Source: Carpediemonas membranifera BICM (lineage: Eukaryota > Protista > Fornicata). Taken from it: a stretch of 64,000 nt of DNA. Where the stretch lies: assembly GCA_019828565.1 (NCBI GenBank), contig JAHDYR010000003.1, positions 62,001 to 126,000 of the forward strand, given 5' to 3'. Of the stretch, positions 11,622-21,960 are shown one piece after another (positions within the stretch are counted from its first letter, which is position 1; the number at the start of each line of letters is the position of its first letter). Both the position numbers and the translations under genes were made by a program. The notes below the pieces were generated by a model, which was not told the DNA's origin, did not search any database, and saw only the letters and a list, made by a program, of their open reading frames with translations.

Positions 11622-12536
11622 TTATTTACCGGTGTATTTGGCCCAGATATTCATGCTCTCGATGCCCCCGCCGATGTGGGTCGAGTTGATGAGCGTGCCC
11701 GTCAGCTCAAACCCGGCCCTGGCAAATACGAGGTTCATCCCGAACTCTGTGCTCCTCGCGATGCTGTAATGACCGTGGATCCCGGCGGCGTCGAGGGCCT
11801 CTTCCATGTGGTGGAGCAAATGGAGCGCCAGCGCCTTGCCGCGCCACTCGGGGAGGGTGGCGAAGTCCGTACACTCGGCATACTTGTGGGTGTTGTTACA
11901 CTCGGCAGATGACATCGCGATGATGGCCCCGTTGAGCTTCACAGCGAAGTAGCGCGTGCCCGCGTCCATCTCGGACCTGATGAACTCCGGATCCTCCACT
12001 GGAAAGGGGTAAGAGTCGAATACGCTGGACAGATGGGCGCTGATCTCCTCAGCGTCGGTCGGCCCCATCTCGGACAGGACGCAGCCCTCGGGCAGGGCGG
12101 GCAGAGTGTAGGGCTGCTTGGCCTTCGCAAGGACCTTCTCCATGCGCTCTATGCGGGCGGCAGCGGTTGGTTCGACCCCGCGAGCTTCCGATAAGAATTG
12201 CCGGACAAACGCACCGTCGACGCCGTTATACATGCCGGGGACAACGGCCTCGATCTCGAAGCCCGCCGCCACGAACTCCTTGGCCTTTGGCATGGGGAGT
12301 TTGGCCGTGAGGCGGGTGCGGCCGTGCTTTGAGGCGATGGACCGCATCCATGGAATGAGGTCGCTCGGCTTCTCATTTCCTGAATCGAGGAGATATACGC
12401 GGTCGTTAAGCGCGCCTTGTTGGGCAACGGCCGTTTTGAAACGGATCATGGCATCAACCTGGCCAGATCCATCTTCATGGTTGATCGAAGCGTTCTCATT
12501 GAGCGAAATCGTATTCTGAAGCGTTTCAGCCGACAT
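11622..12536 (-). CDS. ablB: Putative beta-lysine N6-acetyltransferase (AblB/YodP-like tandem GNAT)
   Basis: NDRVYL, VFDSYPFP, AECTDFATLPEWRGK, YSIARS..FGMN..F...GF...GTLINSTHIGGGIESMNIW, as in methanogen/Bacillus AblB; start uncertain (12536 or 12644). Confidence 0.8.
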   Translation of the reverse strand: MSAETLQNTISLNENASINHEDGSGQVDAMIRFKTAVAQQGALNDRVYLLDSGNEKPSDLIPWMRSIASKHGRTRLTAKLPMPKAKEFVAAGFEIEAVVPGMYNGVDGAFVRQFLSEARGVEPTAAARIERMEKVLAKAKQPYTLPALPEGCVLSEMGPTDAEEISAHLSSVFDSYPFPVEDPEFIRSEMDAGTRYFAVKLNGAIIAMSSAECNNTHKYAECTDFATLPEWRGKALALHLLHHMEEALDAAGIHGHYSIARSTEFGMNLVFARAGFELTGTLINSTHIGGGIESMNIWAKYTGK

Positions 12537-13323
12537 TCCGATGTTTCGTTTGTATGGTGAAAATGCTTGTCGAAATCGATCAGAAATCCAGGCTCGTTTG
12601 TCGTCGTTCGCGAGGTGGTTCGACCCAAGTTGACTGTGGGGCATGTCTGGCGAAACGGGCCCGGACGAGTCTGCGGACGACCGGACATGCGCCTGTTGAT
12701 TTGTTACAGCGCCTGAAGGCGCGAGTCGAAGTCGTCGGGCGAAAGAGCCTCTTCGTATGAGCGCTGACAGGCAATTTGCGGCTTTCTCGGATGTGCATGC
12801 AGTTACATATGTCTGTTAAATGCTGAAGGCTGTCATTTGCGCCAATATGTTTTGAGCCACGTTCTCTGAGCAAGAAAACGGGGTGAAGAACACGCAATTG
12901 CTTGATAAATGTTGATATTGATTAGTTTCTGAATGTTTGAGCTCAGATACGAGAGCTCAGTACTGCGTCATTTTGCCCATATTGCTAAATTAGTCCATCT
13001 TCGCTTCATCGCCATGGGATTGGCCGCGGCGATTGAATCAAAAGTAAACGATGAATCCGAGGGTCTAGACCACAGGCTAAGGTCTTAATGTGCTCAAGGA
13101 GTTCATTATGGGCCGCATGACTGCACTCGTCCTTGGACACAGAACTGTTCCCGCGGATGGACACCTGCCCAGCTCCTCCCCCAGACGCTCACGAGGACAG
13201 TGTTGACGCTGCTCCGCAACATGCATACCGTAGAGACGGGCAGGCCAAGAAGCTAATTATCGCTGACCTAACTGGCCGTTACTCAACTCCACCCTCCAAC
13301 TATCCATCACGAATTTACCCAGT

Positions 13324-15491
13324 CTACAAGAGTCTCATTGCATCCTTAGTCTTCCGATCAGTGGACGCCGCAGCCACCGCCCTCGCCCTATCCACTGGCA
13401 GGTCCTCTGAATACCCCCGCCGCTTCAATTCAGCGACAAGATGCACCCAAAGCTGGGAGGCAAGAGGGTCCTCGATAAAAGGCTCCGTGGACGTTGCAAT
13501 GGCAGGCATTATCCTGCGCGCCTCTTCGCTAGGGTCCATGAGAGCCTTGTTCAGGCAGAGTGAAAGGAACGCGCGGCGAGCAAGGACGATCTGCTTGTTG
13601 TCGGGCCTGACAAGGTTAGTTAAGAGCGAGGGAAGCATCTCAGGTGACACTGCTTGGTGGTGGTTGGTGAGTAGCCTGGTGAGTGGCAGCAGCACTCGGA
13701 TGTTGTCGCCCTTTCTCTCCAAGAGATCAAACACGGTCTCCTCGGACAGGATGGGGGTCGGCAGCTCCGATTTGATGAAATCAAAGGAGGCGTGGGTCAT
13801 GTTCTTGCCCGTGATCAACCTGAGCACGTCGAGCACAGGGAACAGCGTCTCAGCAGGCCAAGTGTTGAGAGCCTTCATGGCGAACTGGTAGATCAAGGTG
13901 CCCGTGCCCTTCTCGATGAGATCGGGCTCGGCAACTGACGCGACGGCCGTATACTCTTGGTCTGTCGGGAATTGGTCGACCTCGGTGAGTGAACCGGCTA
14001 CGAGCTCCTCAAGCTTCTCAATCACACGGCACAGGTCGCCCTCGTGGAAGTAAATGCACTCAGCGGCTGCTGGAGCAGTTGGTGACTTTGTCGCGGGCCC
14101 TGACGAGTACTGGGTGCCGGGACCATTGTTGCTGGCAGCGCCGGACCCTGCGTTCTTGATGATGAACTCAGCAACCTCCTGGAGGAAGTGCATGGGCAGC
14201 TTATGCTCAGTGATCCACTTCTGAGCCACCGTCCAGGCGTTCTCGCCCTTGTTGTAGCCGAGCTTTAGCTTTCTTCCCTTGGCGTCCTCAATCTCGACGT
14301 CGAATACATAATCATACGTTTTCCCATTGAGCGTCTGAGGGCCGCTGGGCTGGTCGACAACATGGCCCAAGCACTGCCACTCTTGCTGGGCTGCCGACCA
14401 GATGAAGACGCCAACAGAGTCGCCGTCACGGGCAAATCGCTGCTCGCCGTCAGTCTGGCCCTTGGTCTTCAGGGCCTCCTTCTTGGCCTGTATCTCCGCG
14501 GGGTTGATCCCACCAACCGAGGGTAGTTTCTTGGCCGCCATCCGCTCATCAAATGCCGTCTTCACCACGCGACTCGGCTCTTGAGGCGAGAACACGTAAA
14601 CACAGCCGTCAGATGCGGCTACAGCAGTCAGGTCGCCGTGGGTGGAGATGTCCCACACAGCAGCAGGCACAGTAGACTTGACCTGGACCTTGTTCGAAAC
14701 CCATCTGGTAACAACCCCAGACTCGCCGCCGGAGACAAAGGAGTTGTTGTCGGGGGATGCTATGTGAGTGGTTTGGTGGGGGGATACTGACTGATTGCAT
14801 ACGCAAGTTCGTTGGCGACATCGTGGAGCTCGTCGAAAAACTGGCCCTCGGAGACTGCAGCCAGCTTAATAGTTCCGTTGTTGCATATGATAGCAACGAG
14901 ACCAATATCCTGATCCATGACCGCAATCCTTCTGACAACAATCTTCTCTCCAAACACAAACGTGTGAGTCCGGGCTGGAGGATCGGATTTCATCGACCAC
15001 ACAATAGCAGTGCCGTCAGCTGACCCAGACACGAGATACTCGTCCCCAGCCACCGTGACGAACGCGACGGTGAGCACGGGTTGGGTATGACCGTGGATGG
15101 TGCATATCTCGTCGCCGCTGCTTGTCCAGAGACGAACGGTGTGGTCCCAGGACCCGGTGGCGATGATTTGGCGCTCTGGTTGAATGGCTACGGCGCTTAC
15201 GTGGCCCGTGTGGCCCGCGAGCACCGCGGTCTGTTTCAAGTCGGGGAACGAGTGAATGCGGGCTACATCATCCATGCCGCCGGTTACAATCATTCCTTTT
15301 GAGTATGCAACGCACTGAATGGAGTTAGTGTGCGCATTAGCGGTCTTGGTAGCGGTAAGAGTCGCGTTTTCGTCAATTGTCGAGAGGACGATGTTCCCGT
15401 CATATCCAACCGACAGAATACGGCGCTCATCGATGCATACAACGCCTCTGGCCGCCTGGTTGTGCAATTGGCTAAACGTGAGAATATTCAT
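13324..15491 (-). CDS. PLAA: PLAA/Doa1/Ufd3 (WD40 + PFU + PUL); intron 14760-14791
   Basis: WD repeats (GSWDHTVRLW); PFU motif GKTYDYVFDVEIED...LGYN..EN...AQ; PUL FPVLDVLRL; a 32-nt intron joins the two ORFs in frame. Confidence 0.9.
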
Positions 15492-15673
15492 TCGTTCCCC
15501 AGCCGTGTCATCAATCAGGAGTCAAAAAGTGCGCAACAGCAGCCTGGATTGGAGCATAAGCAATACACCGAGGCCGGCTTCGCGACCTTTCATCCAGCAG
15601 CGACGCGATACGCCACTTTGCCTATCCCGCCTCTCACCACCTCTGCCGACATGCCTACTACAGTACATTTACC

Positions 15674-16519
15674 CTACTTGCCTCTGGCCCCGAGCTGTGC
15701 GGCGACGTGATCGTGCGCCACCTTGTCCCAGTCAAGTCTGGTCTTCGTAATCGGCAGTGCCCGACGAAGCGCCTTAAACTGCCGCTCGGATAGCTCTTCG
15801 AGGGTGGTCTCGACGTCAGCGAGCGCCCCTTCTTCGAACTCGGAGATAGCCCAGACAACCTCATCCGGGTTGACGGCCTTCGTCGGCTTGAGGTTCCGAC
15901 CGATGTCCATCTGCACGTTCCCTCCCTCAAACATGTGGGTCATGCCCCACATTCGGCCGCTGACGACGCCGTTAGAGACAGTATAGAGGGATCTGATCGA
16001 TCCCGTGTAAAAGTTCTTGGCCGAGATTTTTTCAGCGACAAGAGCGATGGCGAAACCGTCGTCGGTTGGCCATACACAGGAGGGGGCTCCCGGGTAGTTT
16101 TCCACGTGCATCTTGTACACGGCGTCGCACAGCTCGGCGTATCCGGGGCGAGAGGGCTTGTCGGCCTCCTCCAGGCGCCGGGTGTTCGTAACTTTGCGGG
16201 CGACATGATCAATGGTGACTATAAGGTCCTCCTTGGTTGATATGTACTCATTGGAGCCGAGCGACGAGTGCTTCGAAAGAATCACAAAGTCCTCGGCGGC
16301 GGGGACGAGGCACAGGTTCTGCTCGTTATATGTCTTGCAGATGGATGGAAGCGCCTCATTGACGGCGGCAATTCCCGAGCATAGCGCCTGGATGTCTCGA
16401 ATTACCGAGTCGATCTCTGTTGCCGGCGCCAGCGACACTAAGCGAGTAACTTCGCTGACAATCTGCTCATTGGTGAGCTTCAATGGCTCTTCCTCATGTT
16501 GTGTGATGGGTTCGCTCAT
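15674..16519 (-). CDS. CAPZA: F-actin capping protein alpha subunit
   Basis: NFYTGSIRS, HMFEGGNVQ, FKALRRALPITKTRLDW. Confidence 0.92.
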   Translation of the reverse strand: MSEPITQHEEEPLKLTNEQIVSEVTRLVSLAPATEIDSVIRDIQALCSGIAAVNEALPSICKTYNEQNLCLVPAAEDFVILSKHSSLGSNEYISTKEDLIVTIDHVARKVTNTRRLEEADKPSRPGYAELCDAVYKMHVENYPGAPSCVWPTDDGFAIALVAEKISAKNFYTGSIRSLYTVSNGVVSGRMWGMTHMFEGGNVQMDIGRNLKPTKAVNPDEVVWAISEFEEGALADVETTLEELSERQFKALRRALPITKTRLDWDKVAHDHVAAQLGARGK

Positions 16520-16744
16520 TTGTTCTTTTCCTTCTGTGTCGTCTTGGATGAAACGAGATGACGCAGTCAAGATTCCAAACTCAATCAACATCATGAAGCC
16601 ATCGTATCGCACTCAGCCAGAGCGTAGACACGATGACAATGGCGTTATTTCCCTTTCTCCCAAACCCGGTATGCTGTTGACTTTCAGAAGACCCGCCACG
16701 ACATCACCTGCTAATACACTTTAAAGAACAACAATACAGATAAA

Positions 16745-19700
16745 TCACATAAAGACGCTGGACTCGTCGGACTCATTACCGTCTGCATAAGCACGCATCA
16801 GATCGCCCCTCAGGATGGCGCTGCCGGGGGCAGTACCAGGCCGCATGGGCTTCTTCTCACGCCTTGCGAGCGGTGTCTTCGGCGCCTTCGAGGCAGCCGT
16901 GTCAAGCATCTTCTTCCGCTGCCGCACACTGTCAATCCTGTGTCTCAGCCTCCCAATCTCAAACTGCCCGAGCCCCGTGTGGCAGCGACTCATGAGGTCG
17001 ACGTACTGGTCCTCCTCAATGTCCAGAGTCGCCCTGAGTCTCTCTACGAAGGGGGCCATGGACTCGCTGACGGTGTCGTCGAGGGCGGCGAGGTCGGCCA
17101 TTGTCCGCGAGTAAATGAGGTGGAGGGGCGGGGGTGAGGCTGTGTGCGCGAGGTCAGTCTTGGTCCTGAACTCCTCGGCAGCCTTCTCGATGGCCTCCGC
17201 GTCACCCTGGGCGATACTGACCTGGTACTCGAGGGCCTTCACCTTTGTTTGGAGCTTGGCCAGGCGCTCTTCAGCGTCCTGCCGATGCATGGCGGTCATC
17301 CTGTCGATAGACACCGCGTGCTCCGTCCGGATCCTGGTGAGGTCCTTGGTGTGTTGCTCCTTGAGGGCCGCGATCTCGGCGGCCTGGGCCTGGCGCACGG
17401 TCTCTAGCTCGCGCTCGGTGTTCTCCAGGGCGATGGCGCCTTCCTGGCTGGTCTTCCGCACGGCTTCCTCTCTCTCCTGCTGCATGGTCGACCGCACCTT
17501 GACCACCTGCGCCTCAAGCTCGGCTCTCCTGGCGTTAAGCTGCTCGATCTCACCCGCCGCCTTCGATGCCATCTGCTGCACCTCCTCGGCGTGCTTGGTC
17601 TTGAGTACGACCACGAGTTCCTCTGCCTCAGTCCTGGTCTGTTTGACGGACTCAACGGTTCGAGCGGCAGCCTCGTCGCGCGCCTTGGTCATCTCCACTA
17701 GATTGGCCGTCAGCGTATCGGTGGTTTCGGCGTGTTCGTCCTTCAGGCGGGTGATCTCGGCGGCATGTTCATCGATGAGGTCATTCAACCTCTTGCGGTG
17801 CTCAGCTTCAAGGTTCGCGATCGCCTCCTTATGCTTGTTCGAGAGCGTCATCTGCTCAGCCTCAGCAGTCTGTCTCAGGGCAGCCATGGCGGCGCTGTGC
17901 TCCCGATCCTTGCCGTCCGCGGCGTCCGAAGCCTGTCTCTGCACCAGGGCGAGGGCGTCCTCGTGCGCCCGCTCGACCCGCTTCGACTCGGCCTCGAACT
18001 CGGCCTTGAGGTCTTCAATCTCAGCAGCGTGGGTCTGCTGGATCTTAGCAATCTCAGCGGTGTATCTAGCCTCAGTCTTGGCGATCTCGTTCGACGTCTT
18101 TGTCTCAACGTCGTCCGTTCTAGCCTGGAACGTGGCCTTCGTGTCAGTCAACGTATCGTTATAAATGTTCTCGAGGTTCTTGATGAGCGCTTGGTGCCTC
18201 TCTACAGTGTCGCTGAGCTCCCTGCTGTGCGTCTGCTCCATGCTCAGGATCCGGGCCTCGTAGCGGGCAGTGGCCGCGTCCATGGCCTCGCGGGCCTTGT
18301 CACTGAGCTGAGAGACCTCCTTCTCGTGGGAAACCCGCATGGCTGTCGTGGTCTGCTCGTTTTTGGCGGACATCGCCTCGATCTCAGCCCGGTGGGCATC
18401 GTTCGTCTCGTTCAGAGCCTCTGCGTGCGCTTCTCTGAGTGTCTTGACCCGCGCGGCGGTTTCTTCCTGGAGTTCCTCGAGTCGCCGTGCGTGGTCGTCC
18501 TTGAGGCTCTCGATAGTCTGCAAGAACGTCGCCTGCTGCTCCTCAGACGCGTTTCTCAACCGCCCCGCCCATGAGCTCTCGAGCGCCGCGACTCTAGCGC
18601 TGTGCCGCGCCTCCATCTCGGCCACGGCGTCGGCGTGGGCTGTCTTCAACTCAGCTACTGACCGTTCGTGCTGGGCGCGCAGGTTCTCGACGTACTCGGC
18701 GTGCTTACCGTCGCTGATCTCCGTCTCCGTCGCGTGCCGGTCGCTGACTTCGATCATCTGCCGCTCATGGTCTTCTCTGAGCTTCTGGGCACGGCCTTCC
18801 CAGCTGGTCCGCTGGTCGTGGAGAGCCTTGGAGTGGGCTTCGGCTGCCTCAGTGAGTGCTCGGTCGGCCTGGCGCTGGGCATTGCTGAGCTTATCTTCGT
18901 ATTCGTCCTTGAGAGAACGGATCTCCAAGATATGATCGTCCCGGATCTGATTCACCATATCTCTCTGAGATCTAGCAGATTCATCTCTGAACGCCTCGAA
19001 CTCGCGCTTCAGGGCGAGGTTCTTCTTCTCAAGCTCGGAGATCTGCTCTCTGAAGCCCCGAGTCATCGTCGACATCAGGTCCTGGTGTTTGGTCTCGTCC
19101 TCGGCGAGCTTCGTGGAGTGCTCTTTCATGAGGTTAGCGAGCTCGGCGTTCTTCTCGGCGTCTGCGCGGGTCTTTTCCTTGGCGAGCTGGCGGCGGAGGT
19201 CGTCTAGTTCTGCGCACTGCCTGCGGTCGTTCTCGGATGCCTGCTCGCGGAACTTCTCCAGCGCGTTGGTGGCCTCGTTCTGGCGGTCACGGCTCTCGGA
19301 TGCCTCGCGTGCGGCCGCGGACAGCTTGAGCTCGAGGTCAGCGATGGCGGTGTCCTTGACGGTCATCAGCTCGTGATCTCTCTGGATGGCCTTCTGGGCG
19401 GCCACCAGCTGATCCACTAGTTCCCTCGATGACCGTTCCATGAGGGCCGTCTCGTCCTGCTGCAAGCCGCTCATCTTGATCTCTAGGTCTCTGATCTCGT
19501 CTCTGAGCCTGTCTCTCTGGCTTCTGAGGTCTCTGACCCACTCGAGATACTCGTCCTGCTCCTTGTGGAAGGCCTTGACGTCGTGGTGAAGCTTAGTCTG
19601 CCTCTCGTGGATCTCTGCCTCCTTGGCGTCGAGCTCCTTGCGCTGCTTGTCTTGGAGCTCGAGGAGGCGGCTGACTTCGGCTCTGAGTTCTCCGTTCTTC

Positions 19701-20254
19701 TCCTGTTCGCGGGTCAGCTCGGCTTCCCGAGCCTGGATACGTCTATACCGCTCCGCCTGGGCGCTTTCCCTGTCCTTGAACTCCTTCTCACGCTCCTTGT
19801 GCATCTTAAGGATATAGGTCAGCTTCTCGATGTCGCGGTTCTTCTTAGAGAGCGTGGCCTCGTATTGAGAGACTGCCCGCTTCACGTCAGTCTCACTACT
19901 GTCCTGGTAGGCGCGGAAACCGGTCCGGATCTCGCTGTTGGTGTTCTGGAGCTCTACATTGTCCTGATCGAGACGAGAAATTTTGTTCCGAAGGTCGCTG
20001 TTTGTCTCTTCGAGCTCGCGGATCTGGCGCACGTGGAGAGCCATCTGCTCCTCGAGCTTCGAGATTGCATCATCATCAGTCTGAATGTCGCAATCCTCTA
20101 CGCGAATGAGCTTATCTATGATACCAGCGGCCTGAAGCTTGGATTGTGGCGCCTGGATGTTGTTGATCAGCCGCTTAGACGTACTTGATAGTTCAAGCGT
20201 CCTTCCACGTCCAGTACCGCGACGAATAGAATCGCGGGGGTCCGGATAGGGCAT
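16745..20254 (-). CDS. Long coiled-coil protein (1169 aa), probably cytoskeletal or flagellar-apparatus
   Basis: Uninterrupted ORF, E/A/R/K-rich heptads, recurring H-x2-[EA] spacing. Confidence 0.8.
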   Translation of the reverse strand: MPYPDPRDSIRRGTGRGRTLELSSTSKRLINNIQAPQSKLQAAGIIDKLIRVEDCDIQTDDDAISKLEEQMALHVRQIRELEETNSDLRNKISRLDQDNVELQNTNSEIRTGFRAYQDSSETDVKRAVSQYEATLSKKNRDIEKLTYILKMHKEREKEFKDRESAQAERYRRIQAREAELTREQEKNGELRAEVSRLLELQDKQRKELDAKEAEIHERQTKLHHDVKAFHKEQDEYLEWVRDLRSQRDRLRDEIRDLEIKMSGLQQDETALMERSSRELVDQLVAAQKAIQRDHELMTVKDTAIADLELKLSAAAREASESRDRQNEATNALEKFREQASENDRRQCAELDDLRRQLAKEKTRADAEKNAELANLMKEHSTKLAEDETKHQDLMSTMTRGFREQISELEKKNLALKREFEAFRDESARSQRDMVNQIRDDHILEIRSLKDEYEDKLSNAQRQADRALTEAAEAHSKALHDQRTSWEGRAQKLREDHERQMIEVSDRHATETEISDGKHAEYVENLRAQHERSVAELKTAHADAVAEMEARHSARVAALESSWAGRLRNASEEQQATFLQTIESLKDDHARRLEELQEETAARVKTLREAHAEALNETNDAHRAEIEAMSAKNEQTTTAMRVSHEKEVSQLSDKAREAMDAATARYEARILSMEQTHSRELSDTVERHQALIKNLENIYNDTLTDTKATFQARTDDVETKTSNEIAKTEARYTAEIAKIQQTHAAEIEDLKAEFEAESKRVERAHEDALALVQRQASDAADGKDREHSAAMAALRQTAEAEQMTLSNKHKEAIANLEAEHRKRLNDLIDEHAAEITRLKDEHAETTDTLTANLVEMTKARDEAAARTVESVKQTRTEAEELVVVLKTKHAEEVQQMASKAAGEIEQLNARRAELEAQVVKVRSTMQQEREEAVRKTSQEGAIALENTERELETVRQAQAAEIAALKEQHTKDLTRIRTEHAVSIDRMTAMHRQDAEERLAKLQTKVKALEYQVSIAQGDAEAIEKAAEEFRTKTDLAHTASPPPLHLIYSRTMADLAALDDTVSESMAPFVERLRATLDIEEDQYVDLMSRCHTGLGQFEIGRLRHRIDSVRQRKKMLDTAASKAPKTPLARREKKPMRPGTAPGSAILRGDLMRAYADGNESDESSVFM

Positions 20255-20290
20255 ATCCGTTTGGCGTGGCGGTGTTGGAAAAAGTTTCGA

Positions 20291-20358
20291 GCAGTTTTGC
20301 GCAGAATCACATGTGCTATTGAAGGGTCCAACAATGTGTTTATACTGCGCAACACTGC
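20291..20358. repeat. Hairpin copy A, homologous to 21661-21745
   Basis: GCAGTTTTGCGCAG pairs with CTGCGCAACACTGC (1 mismatch); contains 25-mer AACAATGTGTTTATACTGCGCAACA at 20330-20354. Confidence 0.8.
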
Positions 20359-20390
20359 CCTGTCTCCCTCCTACTCACGTCTTAAGATTT

Positions 20391-20440
20391 AGATGTTTAC
20401 TGGGGGTTCATGTAAAGAAGGCTTAGGCTGTCAACCCCCC
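20391..20440. repeat. 50-bp dispersed repeat, copy 1 (copy 2 at 49034-49083)
   Basis: 49/50 identity; internal inverted GGGGGTT...AACCCCC. Confidence 0.85.
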
Positions 20441-20574
20441 GTCACTGGGCGATGGCGTCCCTGAGTCTGCGCTCCCAGCCCGAATTATAAAACGCCAAGT
20501 CCTTTACTGCCACGGGTATAAACAGTACGCTGGCAATGATAATAACATAATAGCGTGCTAAAGTCATCAAATGA

Positions 20575-20955
20575 TTACCCTAGATGAGGGACAAACATTG
20601 TCTCACCAACCTCTGCATCCGGGGGCGGGGTGGCTGGAGCCAGGGAGATGAGAGGCCCGAGGGGGCGAGGGTCGCCATGCTCAAAGTCACTAGAGTCGCC
20701 GCCAGAGAGGGCACCCTGGACGTAGAAGAGATTCTCTCCATTCTCAATCTCCAGGAGGTCGACGCCCGACTCGTCTGAGTCGCTCGAGTCACTGACGGGC
20801 TCGGCGTCGGACTGGCCGCCGTCCAAGAGTGAGACTAGTCCGGCAGCCTCGGATGACCTCGCCCTCTGGCTGACTGGGGCGAGGCGGCGGTAGGCCAGTC
20901 TTGCCTGGGAAGGGGAGGCCGGCGCTGGGGTGACCGCCGCCCTATGAGTTCGCAT
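20575..20955 (-). pseudogene. 3' remnant of an ORF with acidic, low-complexity C-terminus, divergent from the Fanzor remnant
   Basis: Coding-like DSSDSDESG tract ending in TAA and followed by AT-rich UTR-like sequence; abuts the Fanzor fragment at about 20950. Confidence 0.4.
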
Positions 20956-21663
20956 GATTGGCGCCTTGGTCCCCACCGCGGCAGTCACTTCATTGGCGGC
21001 AAGACTAGTGAGTATCAACAACTCTATTAGGTTTGTGCTGGACAACGCGAACGACATTTTCGAGGCTGGAATGCGTAAGTCTTTCCGCCTAGTGCGCTTT
21101 GCGAACCACATCCTTCGCCAGAAGCACTTCGCCCGCTGCGACCAACAGTTGGCTCGGGAGTTCGGTCGCCACCATCCCATCGCCACCCCCATTCGCCTGA
21201 AAGTCTTCTACGGGAGCTCGGGATTCACCACGCCTGCTGGTATGTTCATTCCTTGCGCGCCATATCGAAAGTTCGCGAGAGAGATAGTACCCCTTCTCAA
21301 GGGGTATAACATTGTCGTCGATCTTAACATGGTAGACGAGGATCGCACCACCGTCGTCTGCCCTCACTGCCACGCCCCCTACAAGCGAGTTCGTCCGCGT
21401 GATGACCAGCACGTTCACCCACAACGTGTGATGCTCTGCGAAAATCCACAGTGTCGTGGTGCTCAGTGGCGCGCAACAGTTCCTGATGCTCTGAATGTTG
21501 ATCATCGGGACAAGAGTGCTGCAGAGACATCCTGTGGCGTTCTCTTGCCACGGAAGATGAGCTCAGTGGCTCTCCGTTCAGTCGCACCTCGATCCCGCGC
21601 CTTCCAACATCATTCCAGCATCATCAATTGGCTAACCGCCAACATTCGTCTACGGACGGATGA
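20954..21663 (+). pseudogene. Fanzor (eukaryotic TnpB-like nuclease), C-terminal portion only
   Basis: Bridge-helix-like RLVRFANHILRQK; VFYG...G...AP; RuvC-II VDEDRTT followed by CPHC...CENPQC zinc ribbon; RuvC-III HRDKSAA; a 1-nt frame slip at about 21522 restores AARDIL...RLPTSF and a stop at 21661-21663; in-frame TGA at 20945, so RuvC-I and the N-terminal half are missing. Confidence 0.85.
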
Positions 21664-21960
21664 TGTTGTGCAGTTTGGCACTTTGATCGTTCCTTTCAGG
21701 CCCTGTCTGGAGGTTCGAACAATGTGTTTATACTGCGCAACATCACAGTTTGCTCATCCATCTTTGCACACCTTTCTGTGTGCAATAGGTCTGTTCAGAT
21801 ATCTGCAAGGTCGTTGGCCTAGAGTAATTCTTGTTTGTTTGAAGAATCGAATTTGAGCCACGCCTTGATCTGTCAGAGACTGACGTTTTGTGACACGAAA
21901 CTCGCGTCGAATCATCCATGGAGACAGCCGGTTCGACCAGTCTGTCGGGCAGACACTAAA
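21661..21960 (+). ncRNA. Candidate Fanzor omegaRNA / structured right-end region
   Basis: Starts at the Fanzor stop; 85-nt hairpin 21661-21745 with G-U pairs on the + strand; 8-bp stem 21764-21785; competing stems GACAG/CTGTC and GTCTG/CAGAC at 21923-21954. Confidence 0.45.

Noticed and set aside
16815-20188. Several long plus-strand ORFs (up to 349 aa)
   Set aside because: Antisense shadows of the GC-rich coiled-coil gene; Ser/Arg/Ala-rich with no motifs. The same applies to shadow ORFs over other genes
20330-21742. The 25-mer repeats as a CRISPR array or a target-site duplication
   Set aside because: Only two copies 1.4 kb apart in a eukaryote; both sit inside larger homologous hairpins, which a simple TSD would not explain
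21523-21856. C-terminal 110 aa of the 300-aa ORF as real Fanzor sequence
   Set aside because: Fanzor-like residues continue in another frame and stop at 21663; the rest reads through structured non-coding DNA
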